A stretch of DNA of 64,000 bases from Nitrospirota bacterium (GCA_014874185.1 JACWAF010000029.1:1-64000), one strand, 5' to 3'. Shown: positions 18,207-27,996, counted from the stretch's first letter. Program-made: numbers and translations. Notes: generated by a model from the sequence alone, not told the origin.

Positions 18207-18543
18207 TATGGTTAAAGTTCTTGCCAAGGGGCAGATTGTCATCCCGAAAGAAATAAGAGAAAAGGCCGATATCCATGTTGGAGATGAAGTTGAACTGCAA
18301 ATGACATCGAAAGGCATCATGGTCCTTAGCAATAAATTGCAAAATGGCTCACCCGCCCATACAATTAAATTAAGGGAATTAAGTTCCACTAAGCGGTTAG
18401 TCAATAGTGACGCAAATTATGAACCCGAGAAAATCAGCAAACTCAATCATCCTTACGGACTGGGGAGCGGATTGCGAGAGTCTTGGCCAGAGTCCAGAGG
18501 CCGTTCTCTACGAATTGCTGCTCCTATCTCTTCTCTACGATAA
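18207..18543 (+). CDS. AbrB/MazE/SpoVT-type antitoxin-like DNA-binding protein (extent uncertain)
   Basis: MVKVLAKGQIVIPKEIREKADIHVGDEVELQMTSKGIMVL is a swapped-hairpin barrel motif. The tail of this ORF overlaps the 18407 ORF. Confidence 0.45.
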
Positions 18544-19813
18544 CATCCTCATTCAGGACGAGGTATTCGCGCTCAGCAACAGAATGGCACGGTGGTTCCT
18601 GAAGGATGACTACCGCGAAATGCTAACAAAGTGTTTTGAACTTGGCACAGTGGTAGTACTTAGCCACCCCTTAGCTGCTTATCCAACAGATGATCTTAAG
18701 GAACTCTCACAAAAGACTCCGATTCTGGCACGTGCGGAATACATTCAGAAGTTTGGAACTAGAGGACAAGATGTTTTTAATCCGAATCAGCATCAGCTTG
18801 CATTTTATCAGATGATAGACTCCTTTCTGCTAAACCACTCAAAAGCGCAGCGCCCAGTGGGATCTCTTAAGAACGTAGACATAATGGCGACTTTCGCTAG
18901 CATCCTTAAAGACCTGCTGTGCTCACCGCGTTACTCTAAATGGCTGAAAACGGCTTTCAGAGGAATTACCGATGATATGAAGAAAGACTTTCTTCACTTC
19001 ATTGAGCAGCCCGAGTCCGTAATCGAACGTTTGAAAAGCGCCAATCGAGAGTATAAGGCGTTAATTGGGCAAGACGCTACACCAGTGTTCAATAGGTCAT
19101 TAGCCTTTCAGGCAACCAGCCTCTATCCGCCGCAACAAGCAAAGGCGATGCAGCGCCTTGTGCAGACCACTTTTGCTGCGCCTTTCAGTTGGCGAGAAGA
19201 TGCTGCCGGGCGGTATAGTCGTTCTCTACGCGAACTTCTGTGGATGCCGTCAGGCTTCGCCAGCGAAGTTGAGGAATCGGCGCACGTGGACAATATTGTT
19301 TCGGTAGAGGCGCATGTTGATACCTCTGTTGGCTTGCCAGATTTGAGGACAGACTTTGTTGAGGCTATTACTAGTGCCCGCAATTCAGAGTCTGGTAAGA
19401 AACTGCGGACGGCGGTACGTCGTGTTGGTTCCGAAGCGAGTTTCCACACACAAAAAATTGCCTGGATTGAGATGGCGAATGAGCTCGCAGGTGCTGTCAC
19501 TAAACGGAAACGAATAGATATTCGCACTGCACTGATCAAATTAGGAAAGGAAATGTTTTTGGGCTCCGTTGCGAGCGGAGTCCTTTCGTCCGCCACAGGA
19601 GAGCCCATAGCAATTCCAACTGTCCTGGCACATGCATTTTTAACTGGCTCGTTAGGGCTGCTTTTTGGCCATGGCTATGAGGTCTTGCGGTGTGACCTGG
19701 AGCACCAGGAGATTCGGTGGAAACTTGAACAGGCTGTTGAATTTAGATGCACATCAGTAGCGATGCCTCCGGTTGTCCAAACAAACCCGGCCACCTCTCG
19801 GTCTGTCTGCTGA
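18407..19813 (+). CDS. Large hypothetical protein (468 aa), low-GC islet cargo
   Basis: Long ORF with no recognisable motifs. Its AT-rich composition contrasts with the host sequence. Confidence 0.5.
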   Translation: MTQIMNPRKSANSIILTDWGADCESLGQSPEAVLYELLLLSLLYDNILIQDEVFALSNRMARWFLKDDYREMLTKCFELGTVVVLSHPLAAYPTDDLKELSQKTPILARAEYIQKFGTRGQDVFNPNQHQLAFYQMIDSFLLNHSKAQRPVGSLKNVDIMATFASILKDLLCSPRYSKWLKTAFRGITDDMKKDFLHFIEQPESVIERLKSANREYKALIGQDATPVFNRSLAFQATSLYPPQQAKAMQRLVQTTFAAPFSWREDAAGRYSRSLRELLWMPSGFASEVEESAHVDNIVSVEAHVDTSVGLPDLRTDFVEAITSARNSESGKKLRTAVRRVGSEASFHTQKIAWIEMANELAGAVTKRKRIDIRTALIKLGKEMFLGSVASGVLSSATGEPIAIPTVLAHAFLTGSLGLLFGHGYEVLRCDLEHQEIRWKLEQAVEFRCTSVAMPPVVQTNPATSRSVC

Positions 19814-19868
19814 CAATATTGAACGGATCATCAGGAATGCTAAGGAGGAAGTCCTTAAAGTCAGATAG
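19790..19868 (+). pseudogene. Remnant C-terminus of a second excisionase-like gene (…SADNIERIIRNAKEEVLKVR*)
   Basis: It matches the C-terminus of the 17080 gene (…SDDNIERIIRNAKAEVFKK*) at both the DNA and protein level. Confidence 0.5.
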
Positions 19869-20029
19869 GGGTGACAACTTCAGGATACCCTTCACGTACT
19901 TAATGAAGCTCAAGTTTGTTTTGCGGGATTCCTGCCTTCCCTGCAGAAATAGCCTCATATGGCGTTATCCGTCCATATTATGTATAATCCAATTTATACT
20001 AATTATGATTATACTATGAGGAGAGCGGA

Positions 20030-21412
20030 ATGAGATTCGTTAACAGGAAAGAGGAGCTTGAAATCCTGGAGAGATTTTACAAGGAAGACAAATTTCATTT
20101 CATCCCAATCTACGGAAGAAGAAGGATCGGAAAAACGAGACTTGTCCAGGAGTTCATCAAGGACAGGCCTGCCATATACTTTCTTGCCGACAGCGTTGCC
20201 GAACACGAGCAGTTGAGAAATCTTGGCAGGGAAGTAGGCACCTTCTTCGAAGATATCCTCGCACAGCGGGGGTTTGACGACTGGCACCAGTTTTTCGACT
20301 ATCTGAAGAGGAAAATAAAGACAAGAACGATCCTTGTCATAGACGAGTTCCCTTACCTTGTAAATTCAAACAAGGGCATTTCCTCCATCTTCCAGAAAGG
20401 AATTGATGAGTATCTTAATGACACAAAGCTCTTTCTCATACTGATGGGGTCAAGCGTGGGGATGATGGAGAAAGAAGTGCTCTTCTACAAGGCCCCGCTT
20501 TACGGAAGAAGAACAGGGTCTCTGGAAATGAAAGAAATGGCGTTTGGCTGCCTAAAAGAGTTTTTTCCGAAGAAAGGTATGGATGACCTGGTCTCGATTT
20601 TCGGAGTAACGGGAACCATCCCGGCTTATCTTGAGAAACTCGACCCCGAAAAGGATATATTCCACAATATAGAAGAACAAATACTCAGCAAAGAGACGTT
20701 CCTTTATAATGAGGTGGAATACATCCTCCGGGAGGAACTGAGGGAACCGCGGAATTATTTTGTAATCCTCAGGTCCATAGCCCAGGGGAAGCGGAAGCTC
20801 TCCGAGATCATCAATGACACGGGGTTTGAAAAGAGCCTTCTTTCCAGATACCTGGAAATTCTCCGGAGCCTCAGGTTTGTGGAAAAGGAAGTGCCGGTCA
20901 CCGAGAAATATCCCGAAAAGAGCAAGCTCGGGCTCTACAGAATTCATGACCGGTTCTTTGAATTCTGGTTCAAATATGTTTTCCCGAACAGGAGCAAACT
21001 TGAGATAGGAAAAGGCACGGAAGTGCTACGGCTGATAAAGGAGACCTTCGACCAGCATCTTTCGTTTGCATTCGAGGATATTTGCAGGCAGCACTGCCTT
21101 GAACTCATGAGGGAGGGCAGGATCCGGTTTTCCTCGATTGGCAGGTGGTGGCAGAAGAACGAGGAGATAGATATAGTCGCACTCGACGAGGAGAACAAAG
21201 AGATATATTTTGGCGAGGCCAAGTGGAGCAGGAAGCCTGTGGGAATTGACATCCTGGACGATCTGAAGAGGAAAGCGGCACTCGTGGACTGGAACAAGGG
21301 GAAACGGAAAGAGCATTTCATGCTCTTTTCCAAGTCCGGTTTTACGGAAGCCGTGCTTAAAACCGCTTCCAAAGAAGATGTCATCCTGGTTAAAGGCGAG
21401 GCGGTTTTATAG
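20030..21412 (+). CDS. AAA+ ATPase of the Arch_ATPase/DUF234 family
   Basis: FVNRKEELEILERF...IYGRRRIGKTRLV (P-loop)...VIDEFPYL. The C-terminal DUF234-like region reads YFGEAKWS. Confidence 0.75.
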   Translation: MRFVNRKEELEILERFYKEDKFHFIPIYGRRRIGKTRLVQEFIKDRPAIYFLADSVAEHEQLRNLGREVGTFFEDILAQRGFDDWHQFFDYLKRKIKTRTILVIDEFPYLVNSNKGISSIFQKGIDEYLNDTKLFLILMGSSVGMMEKEVLFYKAPLYGRRTGSLEMKEMAFGCLKEFFPKKGMDDLVSIFGVTGTIPAYLEKLDPEKDIFHNIEEQILSKETFLYNEVEYILREELREPRNYFVILRSIAQGKRKLSEIINDTGFEKSLLSRYLEILRSLRFVEKEVPVTEKYPEKSKLGLYRIHDRFFEFWFKYVFPNRSKLEIGKGTEVLRLIKETFDQHLSFAFEDICRQHCLELMREGRIRFSSIGRWWQKNEEIDIVALDEENKEIYFGEAKWSRKPVGIDILDDLKRKAALVDWNKGKRKEHFMLFSKSGFTEAVLKTASKEDVILVKGEAVL

Positions 21413-21423
21413 ATAAGGGAAAA

Positions 21424-21813
21424 TTGATCATGGCCTGGAAAAAGAAAATAGACAGCATATCACCCGAGCTTGCTCATGAATTGGGCGAGATGGTGCTTGA
21501 TGAGCTTGGCCCGGCATTTCGCGAGTTGTCCCGGAAATTTAACCTGAATATAGCAGACTTGTTTCAATTTACTCCGGTGTCGCAGCAATGTTCGGGGAAA
21601 CGACAAAAGCTTGGGCTCGACGTAAAGGAAGCGGCAAAGCAATCCGGTGTGCCGCAATACAGGATTAAGGCAATCGAGGAGGGCAGTTTTTTATATATTA
21701 CTCCTGAAGCGCTACGCACATATCTTTGTTTTTTGGGGCTCGAAAAATGGTACCGGGACTGGGCCCTTAAAAATAAAAAGCTTGTGAAAGCCAAAGGACT
21801 GCCCATTCTGTAA
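21424..21813 (+). CDS. XRE-family helix-turn-helix protein
   Basis: KLGLDVKEAAKQSGVPQYRIKAIEEGSF. Confidence 0.5.
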   Translation: MIMAWKKKIDSISPELAHELGEMVLDELGPAFRELSRKFNLNIADLFQFTPVSQQCSGKRQKLGLDVKEAAKQSGVPQYRIKAIEEGSFLYITPEALRTYLCFLGLEKWYRDWALKNKKLVKAKGLPIL

Positions 21814-21938
21814 TTACCCGCCTGTCTAATAAATTTGTACGGATTTTCACGTTTTCTTCACAGCAGGTAATAGTCAGCGGGTCAAAAAAAGAAAAAGGGG
21901 AAGACATTAAACCGCCTAACCCCTTGTTTTAATTAAAG

Positions 21939-22011
<73 letters not shown>

Positions 22012-22232
22012 GCTTACATAAGAGTATATTATAAAACTCACCATGAAATCATTGCAAGATATCTCTCTCCGGGCCAGCCGGGAAGGATGCCGAAAAAAAC
22101 CCCTGACGTGAGCCGCACCGAATTCAAACAGAGCAGCCGGAAATGGCCGAGGTCGGGTCGAGCTATTTTTGCTTCTTGACAATGGCATGCCGGAAATGAT
22201 AAAAATTCCCGTCCACAATTCCTGGGGGGAAA

Positions 22233-23543
22233 TTGCAGAAAAGCTTTCTTCTTATTACGCCTGACGAAGCGGTTGCTTCCTATTACAAGACCGTTCTGGA
22301 GCCTTCGGGTTTCGGGATAGAGTGGAAAAAGACCCCGCCAGCCAATGCGCGCGGGATAAACATCGGAAGCCGCCCTGTTGTCTTCGATCTCCAGCTACCG
22401 GATGCCCTGACAGGGGTCGCGGACCTGAAGGCCTATCATCCGGAAGCACAACTTATAGTTATACCTAACGGTGACCCCGAAAAGACCAGGGAATCCGTCA
22501 ATAAAGGGGCAAGTTTCACTTTGCCCGAGAGAATGCCCGATGCCGGGAATCTGAAAGAGGTCTTCAGAAAGGCCTATTCAGTAGTGGCCTCCCGTGATGA
22601 GCTTGAGCGGCTGCGCGCCCTGACCGAGGACGTGGTGATCGCAAAGAGCGCGCCCATGAAAAAGGTGGTAAAAGAGATGGAGGCCCTGGCGCGAAGCGAT
22701 CAGCCCCTGGTGCTTTGCGGAGAACCCGGCACCGGAAGGGGGCTTGCCGCCCGCAGGATTCATCAGGGGGGCGAAAGGGCCGGGATGCCGTTTTTAAAGA
22801 TTGCCAGACTGGAAGACCTGACCGATAAGGTGGGCAAGGCACGCGGGGGCACGCTCTATATAAAAGATTTTGGCCAGTTCACCGCTGAAGGGGTTGAGGC
22901 CGTTGGCAGGCTGATAAAAGACCGTGAGTTCACCCTTGCGGGGGCAGGGCCTTTCCAGGCGGACGTCAGGATAATGGCCGGGGTGGGCCGCCCCGAAGAG
23001 ACGGCATTATTGGCCGGCATCGAATTCAGGCTCCTCAATCTGCCGCCATTGAGAGAACGCAGGGAGGACATCCTGCCGCTTGCCGAATGCTTCCTTGAGG
23101 AACTCTCCCGTTTTCTTAAAAAAGGCCGGAAGCATTTCACAAAAAAGGCCAGGGAGGCGCTCCTTGAAAGGGACTTTGAAAAGGGCAACGCCGGCGAGCT
23201 TAAAGAGCTTGTGCACCGGGCATGTTTTCTTACAAAAGGCATAGGGATAGGAGAGAAAGACCTCTTCGGCTCCGAGTTCCTGGGCAAGTGCTCCTTTAAA
23301 AATTTTCTGGAAGAGAGGCTTAAAGGCTATCTCCGGAAGATGGCCCAGATAGAGCGTTCGAGCCTGTTCGATACAGTGGTCCAGGAAGTGGAGAGGTCTT
23401 TGATAGAGCTTGCCCTGGCCGAGACCAAAGGCAACAAGCTGCGCGCCGCAAAGGCCCTTGGGATGAACCGGAACACCCTGCGCGCCAAGATAAAACAGCT
23501 CAGGATAAAAGACTTTAAAGACGGGTCTCCCGCAGGGCCGTAG
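22233..23543 (+). CDS. Sigma-54-dependent transcriptional activator (NtrC family: receiver-like N-terminus, AAA+ domain, Fis-type HTH)
   Basis: GEPGTGRGLAARRIH (Walker A), RFLLNLPPLRERREDILPLAECF and a C-terminal ETKGNKLRAAKALGMNRNTLRAKIK HTH. The receiver has a DLQLPD-like acidic pocket. Confidence 0.8.
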   Translation: MQKSFLLITPDEAVASYYKTVLEPSGFGIEWKKTPPANARGINIGSRPVVFDLQLPDALTGVADLKAYHPEAQLIVIPNGDPEKTRESVNKGASFTLPERMPDAGNLKEVFRKAYSVVASRDELERLRALTEDVVIAKSAPMKKVVKEMEALARSDQPLVLCGEPGTGRGLAARRIHQGGERAGMPFLKIARLEDLTDKVGKARGGTLYIKDFGQFTAEGVEAVGRLIKDREFTLAGAGPFQADVRIMAGVGRPEETALLAGIEFRLLNLPPLRERREDILPLAECFLEELSRFLKKGRKHFTKKAREALLERDFEKGNAGELKELVHRACFLTKGIGIGEKDLFGSEFLGKCSFKNFLEERLKGYLRKMAQIERSSLFDTVVQEVERSLIELALAETKGNKLRAAKALGMNRNTLRAKIKQLRIKDFKDGSPAGP

Positions 23544-24318
23544 CGCACGGACAGGCCCTCCGGGAGGGGATATTCCCCAGGGCGGCCCTGATTATCTCCT
23601 TCACCCGGCCGCTTGCCTTCCCCATCGCCTCAACTACTTCCGTGGTGGTAAGCCTTTTGCCGTTCAGGCCCGCGGCATGGTTTGTGACCACGGCCAGGAC
23701 AGAGTAGCATATCTCAAGCTCGCGGGCCAGAACGGCCTCAGGCATACCGGTCATGCCCACAATGTGCCCGCCCGCCGCGGCGAAGAATTTTATCTCGGCC
23801 GGGGTCTCAAGCCTGGGCCCGTTCACGCATACGTACGTGCCTTCGGGTATCAGGTCTGCCCCGGTCCTTCGGGCCGCCTGCTGAAGCACACCCCGCAACT
23901 CAGGGCAATAGGGTTCCGTAAAATCTATGTGCAGGACGTCATCGGCCTCGAAGAAGGTGGACGGCCTCGCCCCGCCCGTAAAATCCACAATCTGGTCGGG
24001 CAGGGCAATCCTCCCGGGTGTGTAGGAAGGGCCTATTCCCCCGGTTGCGTTCACAGCGATTATCCTCTCCACCCCGAGGCGCTTCATCCCCCACAGGTTG
24101 GCCCTGTAGTTTATCCGGTGGGGGGCTATGGCGTGCCCTCTGCCGTGGCGGGGCAGAAAGGCCACCTCCATGCCTTCAGCTTCCAGGATCATGTAGGCAT
24201 CCGAGGGGTCGCCGTAAGGAGTGGTGATTTTTTCTTCCCGGGTGGGCCTGAAGCCGGGGATTTCGTAGAGCCCGCTTCCACCTATGAGCCCTATTTTCAG
24301 CATGTTATAATCTAACAT
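23515..24318 (-). CDS. mtnP: S-methyl-5'-thioadenosine phosphorylase / purine nucleoside phosphorylase
   Basis: IGLIGGSGLY...LPRHGRGH...PNP_UDP_1 fold motifs...VGMTGMPEAVLARE. Confidence 0.85.
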   Translation of the reverse strand: MLDYNMLKIGLIGGSGLYEIPGFRPTREEKITTPYGDPSDAYMILEAEGMEVAFLPRHGRGHAIAPHRINYRANLWGMKRLGVERIIAVNATGGIGPSYTPGRIALPDQIVDFTGGARPSTFFEADDVLHIDFTEPYCPELRGVLQQAARRTGADLIPEGTYVCVNGPRLETPAEIKFFAAAGGHIVGMTGMPEAVLARELEICYSVLAVVTNHAAGLNGKRLTTTEVVEAMGKASGRVKEIIRAALGNIPSRRACPCATALRETRL

Positions 24319-24373
24319 ATATGTTTTAGGGAGGGGCTATGCCCTGTGAGGGAAGAATGTCCGGGAAAAGGCG

Positions 24374-25756
24374 ATGATAGACCGTGAATTGCTCAAAGAG
24401 GCCCTTGGCAGCGCGCTTTCGGAGAAGACCGAATACGCCGACCTTTATATAGAGTCCACCAGATCCACTACCGTACAGATAGAAGACAGCAAGCTGGAAA
24501 AGCTTTTGGAAGGGGTGGACAGCGGGGCCGGCCTCCGGGTCCTGTTCGGGGGCAAGACGGCCTATGCCTATACCAATGAGATAAAAAAAGAATCTTTTCT
24601 GGATATGGCCTCTTCGCTCCGGAGCGCGGTCGGCAACGGCTCCGGCGAGCGCGACATAGACCTTACCACGAAGGCCCCGCGCGTGGATTTCAAGATAGAG
24701 ATACCCCCGGGCGACGTGCCCCTCGAAGAGAAGATAAGCCTTTTCATGAATGCCGAGCGGGCGGCAAGAGGATACGACAAATCCATCAGGCAGGTCACGG
24801 TCACCTACAGGGAAGTCTTGCAGAGGGTGCAGATAGCCTGCTCGGACGGCTCGATAGCGGAGGACGAGCGGCTTCAGACCATATTTCTGGTGAACGTGGT
24901 GGCCGCGGAAGACGGGGTAATACAGACGGGCTACGAGCCCATCGGCGGGTTCGTTGGGTTCGAGCTTTTCAAGGAAAAGAGCCCCGAGGAGGTCGCGCTG
25001 AAGGCGGCCCGCAAGGCCGTTATGATGCTGAAGGCAAGAAGGGCGCCGGGGGGCAGGATGCCCGTAGTGCTCTCCTCCGAGGCGGGGGGCACGATGATAC
25101 ATGAGGCCGTGGGCCACGGCCTGGAGGGGGACCTTGCCGGACAAGGCCTTTCGGTCTACGCCGGGAAGATGGGGCAGGAGATCGCCTCGAAAATAGTAAC
25201 AGTCCTGGACGACTCGACCATTCCAGGCAAAAGGGGCTCGTTCAGGTTTGACGACGAGGGTGTGCTGTCTCAGAAAACAGTGCTGGTGGATTCCGGCGTG
25301 CTCCGCAGTTTCATGCTGGACAGGCTTTCGGCAATGAAAATGGGGCTGGAGTCTACAGGCAACGGGAGGAGACAGTCCTACAGGTTCAGGCCCATCCCAC
25401 GGATGTCGAATACGCTGATAGCGCCCGGGAAGACCCCGCCGGATGAGATACTTAAAAGCACCCCCAACGGGCTTTTCGTCAAAAAGATGGGGGGCGGGCA
25501 GGTGAATACCCTTACCGGCGAGTTCGTCTTCGAGGTGCAGGAGGCCTATCTGATAGAAAACGGCGCGGCAGGGGACCTTGTAAGGGGCGCAACCCTCGCC
25601 GGAAGCGGCCCCCAAATCCTCAAGACCATAGACATGGTAGGCTCCGACCTGGGGTTTTCAATAGGCACCTGCGGGAAGGATGCCCAGGGCGTGCCGGTAT
25701 CCGATGCACAACCCACTTTGCGCATACCTGAAGCCATTGTGGGCGGAGAAGTGTAG
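24374..25756 (+). CDS. tldD: TldD/PmbA-family metalloprotease
   Basis: ADLYIESTRSTTVQIEDSK... and HEAVGHGLEGD are typical of TldD. Confidence 0.85.
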   Translation: MIDRELLKEALGSALSEKTEYADLYIESTRSTTVQIEDSKLEKLLEGVDSGAGLRVLFGGKTAYAYTNEIKKESFLDMASSLRSAVGNGSGERDIDLTTKAPRVDFKIEIPPGDVPLEEKISLFMNAERAARGYDKSIRQVTVTYREVLQRVQIACSDGSIAEDERLQTIFLVNVVAAEDGVIQTGYEPIGGFVGFELFKEKSPEEVALKAARKAVMMLKARRAPGGRMPVVLSSEAGGTMIHEAVGHGLEGDLAGQGLSVYAGKMGQEIASKIVTVLDDSTIPGKRGSFRFDDEGVLSQKTVLVDSGVLRSFMLDRLSAMKMGLESTGNGRRQSYRFRPIPRMSNTLIAPGKTPPDEILKSTPNGLFVKKMGGGQVNTLTGEFVFEVQEAYLIENGAAGDLVRGATLAGSGPQILKTIDMVGSDLGFSIGTCGKDAQGVPVSDAQPTLRIPEAIVGGEV

Positions 25757-25859
25757 CAAATTTTCAACACCTGAGGATTCCAGGCAATATATGCATAAGC
25801 AAACCCCCTTTATTTACAGGCTTTTTCATCTGGCATGCCAATTGCAATACCTGCACTCC

Positions 25860-26747
25860 ATGAGAACTCAACGCACTCTGGGACGAGAGGTAAAGCTGGA
25901 GGGGATAGGGCTTCATACCGGGGAGCATTCCGCCATGAGGCTGAAACCGGCCCCGCAGGACAGCGGCATAGTCTTCTATCGCAAGGACAAGGACGCCTAT
26001 ATAAAAGCCAGCCTTAACTCGGTCTGCGAGACCACTTATGCGACCACATTGGGGACGAACGGCACAAATGTAAAGACAGTCGAGCACCTGCTTGCCGCCC
26101 TCTCCGGGCTTGGCATAGACAACCTGGAAATACGGCTGGACGGCCCCGAAATCCCCATAATGGACGGAAGCTCCAAAAAATTTGCGGACTCGATAGCCGA
26201 GGCGGGCATTGCCGACCAGACCTCCCGGAGAGAGCACATGAGGATAATAAGGCCTTTCACTTTCCGTGACGGGGAGGCCGAGTTCACCGCGCTGCCATAC
26301 CAGGGAAGGCTTATTACATATCAGATATCCTATGCCCACAAGCTGCTGGGCACTCAGCAGATGACCTTCGAGATGGAAGAGGACGCCTTCAGACATCAGA
26401 TAGCCCCGGCCCGCACGTTTGGCTTTTTGAAAGACGTGCAGTACCTTCGGGCTAACGGGCTTGCGAAGGGCGGCTCGCTCGAGAACGCGGTCCTTCTAAG
26501 CGAGACCGGGATCGTGAACTCCACCGGCCTCAGGTTCAGGGACGAGTTTTTAAGGCACAAGCTCCTGGATTTCATAGGCGACCTCTCGCTTATAGGCTTC
26601 CCGGTAATAGGCCATCTTATCGCCAGAAAGAGCGGCCATTCCAGCAACCTGAAGTTCGCAAAGGCGCTCCTGGCCGCCTCTGATTGCTGGGAGATAAGCT
26701 CCGACGGGTTCATCGAAGGCGCCAAGGCCAATTTCAAATACGCCTGA
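25860..26747 (+). CDS. lpxC: UDP-3-O-acyl-N-acetylglucosamine deacetylase
   Basis: RTLGREVKLEGIGLHTGEHSAMRLKPA...TTLGTNGTNVKTVEHLLAAL...MDGSS. These are LpxC motifs. Confidence 0.9.
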   Translation: MRTQRTLGREVKLEGIGLHTGEHSAMRLKPAPQDSGIVFYRKDKDAYIKASLNSVCETTYATTLGTNGTNVKTVEHLLAALSGLGIDNLEIRLDGPEIPIMDGSSKKFADSIAEAGIADQTSRREHMRIIRPFTFRDGEAEFTALPYQGRLITYQISYAHKLLGTQQMTFEMEEDAFRHQIAPARTFGFLKDVQYLRANGLAKGGSLENAVLLSETGIVNSTGLRFRDEFLRHKLLDFIGDLSLIGFPVIGHLIARKSGHSSNLKFAKALLAASDCWEISSDGFIEGAKANFKYA

Positions 26748-26799
26748 GCAGCACGGCGCAACTGCTTCCTTTCTACTAATAAGCGTAAATAAAGGTATC

Positions 26800-27215
26800 C
26801 CGGCTCACTACTGTCCGGTTAGGAAGTGAATAGAAAACTGATTTTGGTTTTCCAGCATGTTTGCTTCTTCTCTCGGGCGGGTTCAAGTTTACAACCACAC
26901 CTGTCCAAAATAAATATCTTGGACAGCATTTCAAATAAGAGAAAAAAGCGAAAATGGTTCGTCATTTCGTGGGAGTCACCCGCCCACGGGTGACCCGATC
27001 CGCTTTGGAACAGAAAGGTCCTTTTCAGATTATCTTGGACAGTAGTGGTTTGCAAACCTGAACCAGCATAGAAAATAGTTCGTCATTCCCGCAGGTCTTA
27101 AGCGGGAATCCAGTTTATTGACCTTTTTAAAAGCATTTTTGAACCTGGATTCCCGCTTTCGCGGGAATGACTGCCGCTTTTTATCTTTTTCAGGGGAGTA
27201 TGAGGGGGTTGCCCC
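26800..27215. repeat. Repeat- and hairpin-rich intergenic region containing several small palindromic elements
   Basis: An 11-bp inverted repeat cactactgtcc/ggacagtagtg occurs at about 26806 and 27038. gaaaatRgttcgtcatt occurs twice. Hairpins include attcccgc..gcgggaat (twice), ctgtccaa..ttggacag and gggttcaagtttacaacc. Confidence 0.7.
26968..26996. repeat. 29-nt element cgtgNgagtcacccgcccacgggtgaccc (palindrome GTCACCC-N6-GGGTGAC), copy 1
   Basis: Near-identical copy at 35691-35719. Confidence 0.75.
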
Positions 27216-27224
27216 TCATACAGG

Positions 27225-27407
27225 TTAAGCCTGTAAGAGCCCGAAGACAAAAGAAGGCTGGGAGATCATTCGAACCTCCCAGCCCGAAAGCTGGAATGCT
27301 ATTTCTTTTTCGCTGGAGCCTTTTTTGCCGGGGCCTTTTTTGCCGGGGCCGCTTTCTTCGCAGTCGTCGTCTTCTTTGCCGTGGTCTTCTTTGCTGTTGC
27401 CAAGCAA
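27225..27407 (-). CDS. Possible small lysine- and acid-rich protein (TTG start after an AGGAGGTG RBS). Coding status uncertain.
   Basis: A strong RBS precedes it. It contains a tandem GPGKKGPGKKG. The region is also densely hairpinned and could be a structured RNA instead. Confidence 0.25.
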   Translation of the reverse strand: MLGNSKEDHGKEDDDCEESGPGKKGPGKKGSSEKEIAFQLSGWEVRMISQPSFVFGLLQA

Positions 27408-27450
27408 ATCACCTCCTTTCGTTTCCCGCCCGTCGCCGGGCGGGTGGCGG

Positions 27451-27996
27451 TCAAACTCTCCCCAAAAGAGGAATTCTCCTGTCTTGGAGAATCTTCAGGA
27501 GCTCTCTGTCCCTTTTCTTCCTTTTGAGCCTGTATTCGGACTCGTCCATCTGCACCAGGCTGATCCTGTGGCCGAAGTTCCTGGCAACCTCCCTCAGGGC
27601 CTTCTGGTCCACCGGGTTGTCGCCCGCCACAAAGAGATGGACTGTCTTCACTTCCTCGCCCGCCGCATATGGGCCATATATGAAAGCCGTTTTTGCCCCG
27701 TGTGTGCGGAGCAGGGCCTTCAGGTTCCCCGCAAGGCCGAGGGACTTGGTGATAAGGTTTTTGAGTTCCTCAAACAGGGGTGAGTTATGGTCCGCCTGAA
27801 AGTACTTGAGGTTCGCCACTTTCTCGCTTGTCACGATGCCCATCTTCTCAAGGCTGTCCAGCTCCCGCTTCACCGCAGAGGGGTTTTTTTCGAGGAGCTT
27901 GGCTATCTCCCTGACGTAGAACCTGTCGTCAGGGCTGTTCAGGAGGAGCGATAAGACCTCCGCTCGCACAGCCGATGAGAAAAGTTTTTTGAGCAT
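27451..27996 (-). CDS. Winged-helix transcriptional regulator with a C-terminal nucleotidyltransferase-like domain
   Basis: N-terminal ArsR/MarR-like HTH (RAEVLSLLLNSPDDRFYVREIAKLLEKNPSAVKRELDSLEKMGIV). C-terminal degenerate NTase motif (IYGPYAAGEE..HLFVAGD). Confidence 0.6.
   Translation of the reverse strand: MLKKLFSSAVRAEVLSLLLNSPDDRFYVREIAKLLEKNPSAVKRELDSLEKMGIVTSEKVANLKYFQADHNSPLFEELKNLITKSLGLAGNLKALLRTHGAKTAFIYGPYAAGEEVKTVHLFVAGDNPVDQKALREVARNFGHRISLVQMDESEYRLKRKKRDRELLKILQDRRIPLLGRV

Noticed and set aside
24326-25615. 429-aa minus-strand ORF antisense to tldD
   Set aside because: Low-complexity Arg/Pro/Gly-rich translation typical of shadow ORFs in GC-rich DNA. The plus-strand TldD homology is unambiguous.
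26800-27215. CRISPR array
   Set aside because: Repeats are heterogeneous, irregularly spaced and partly inverted. There is no repeat-spacer periodicity and no cas genes.
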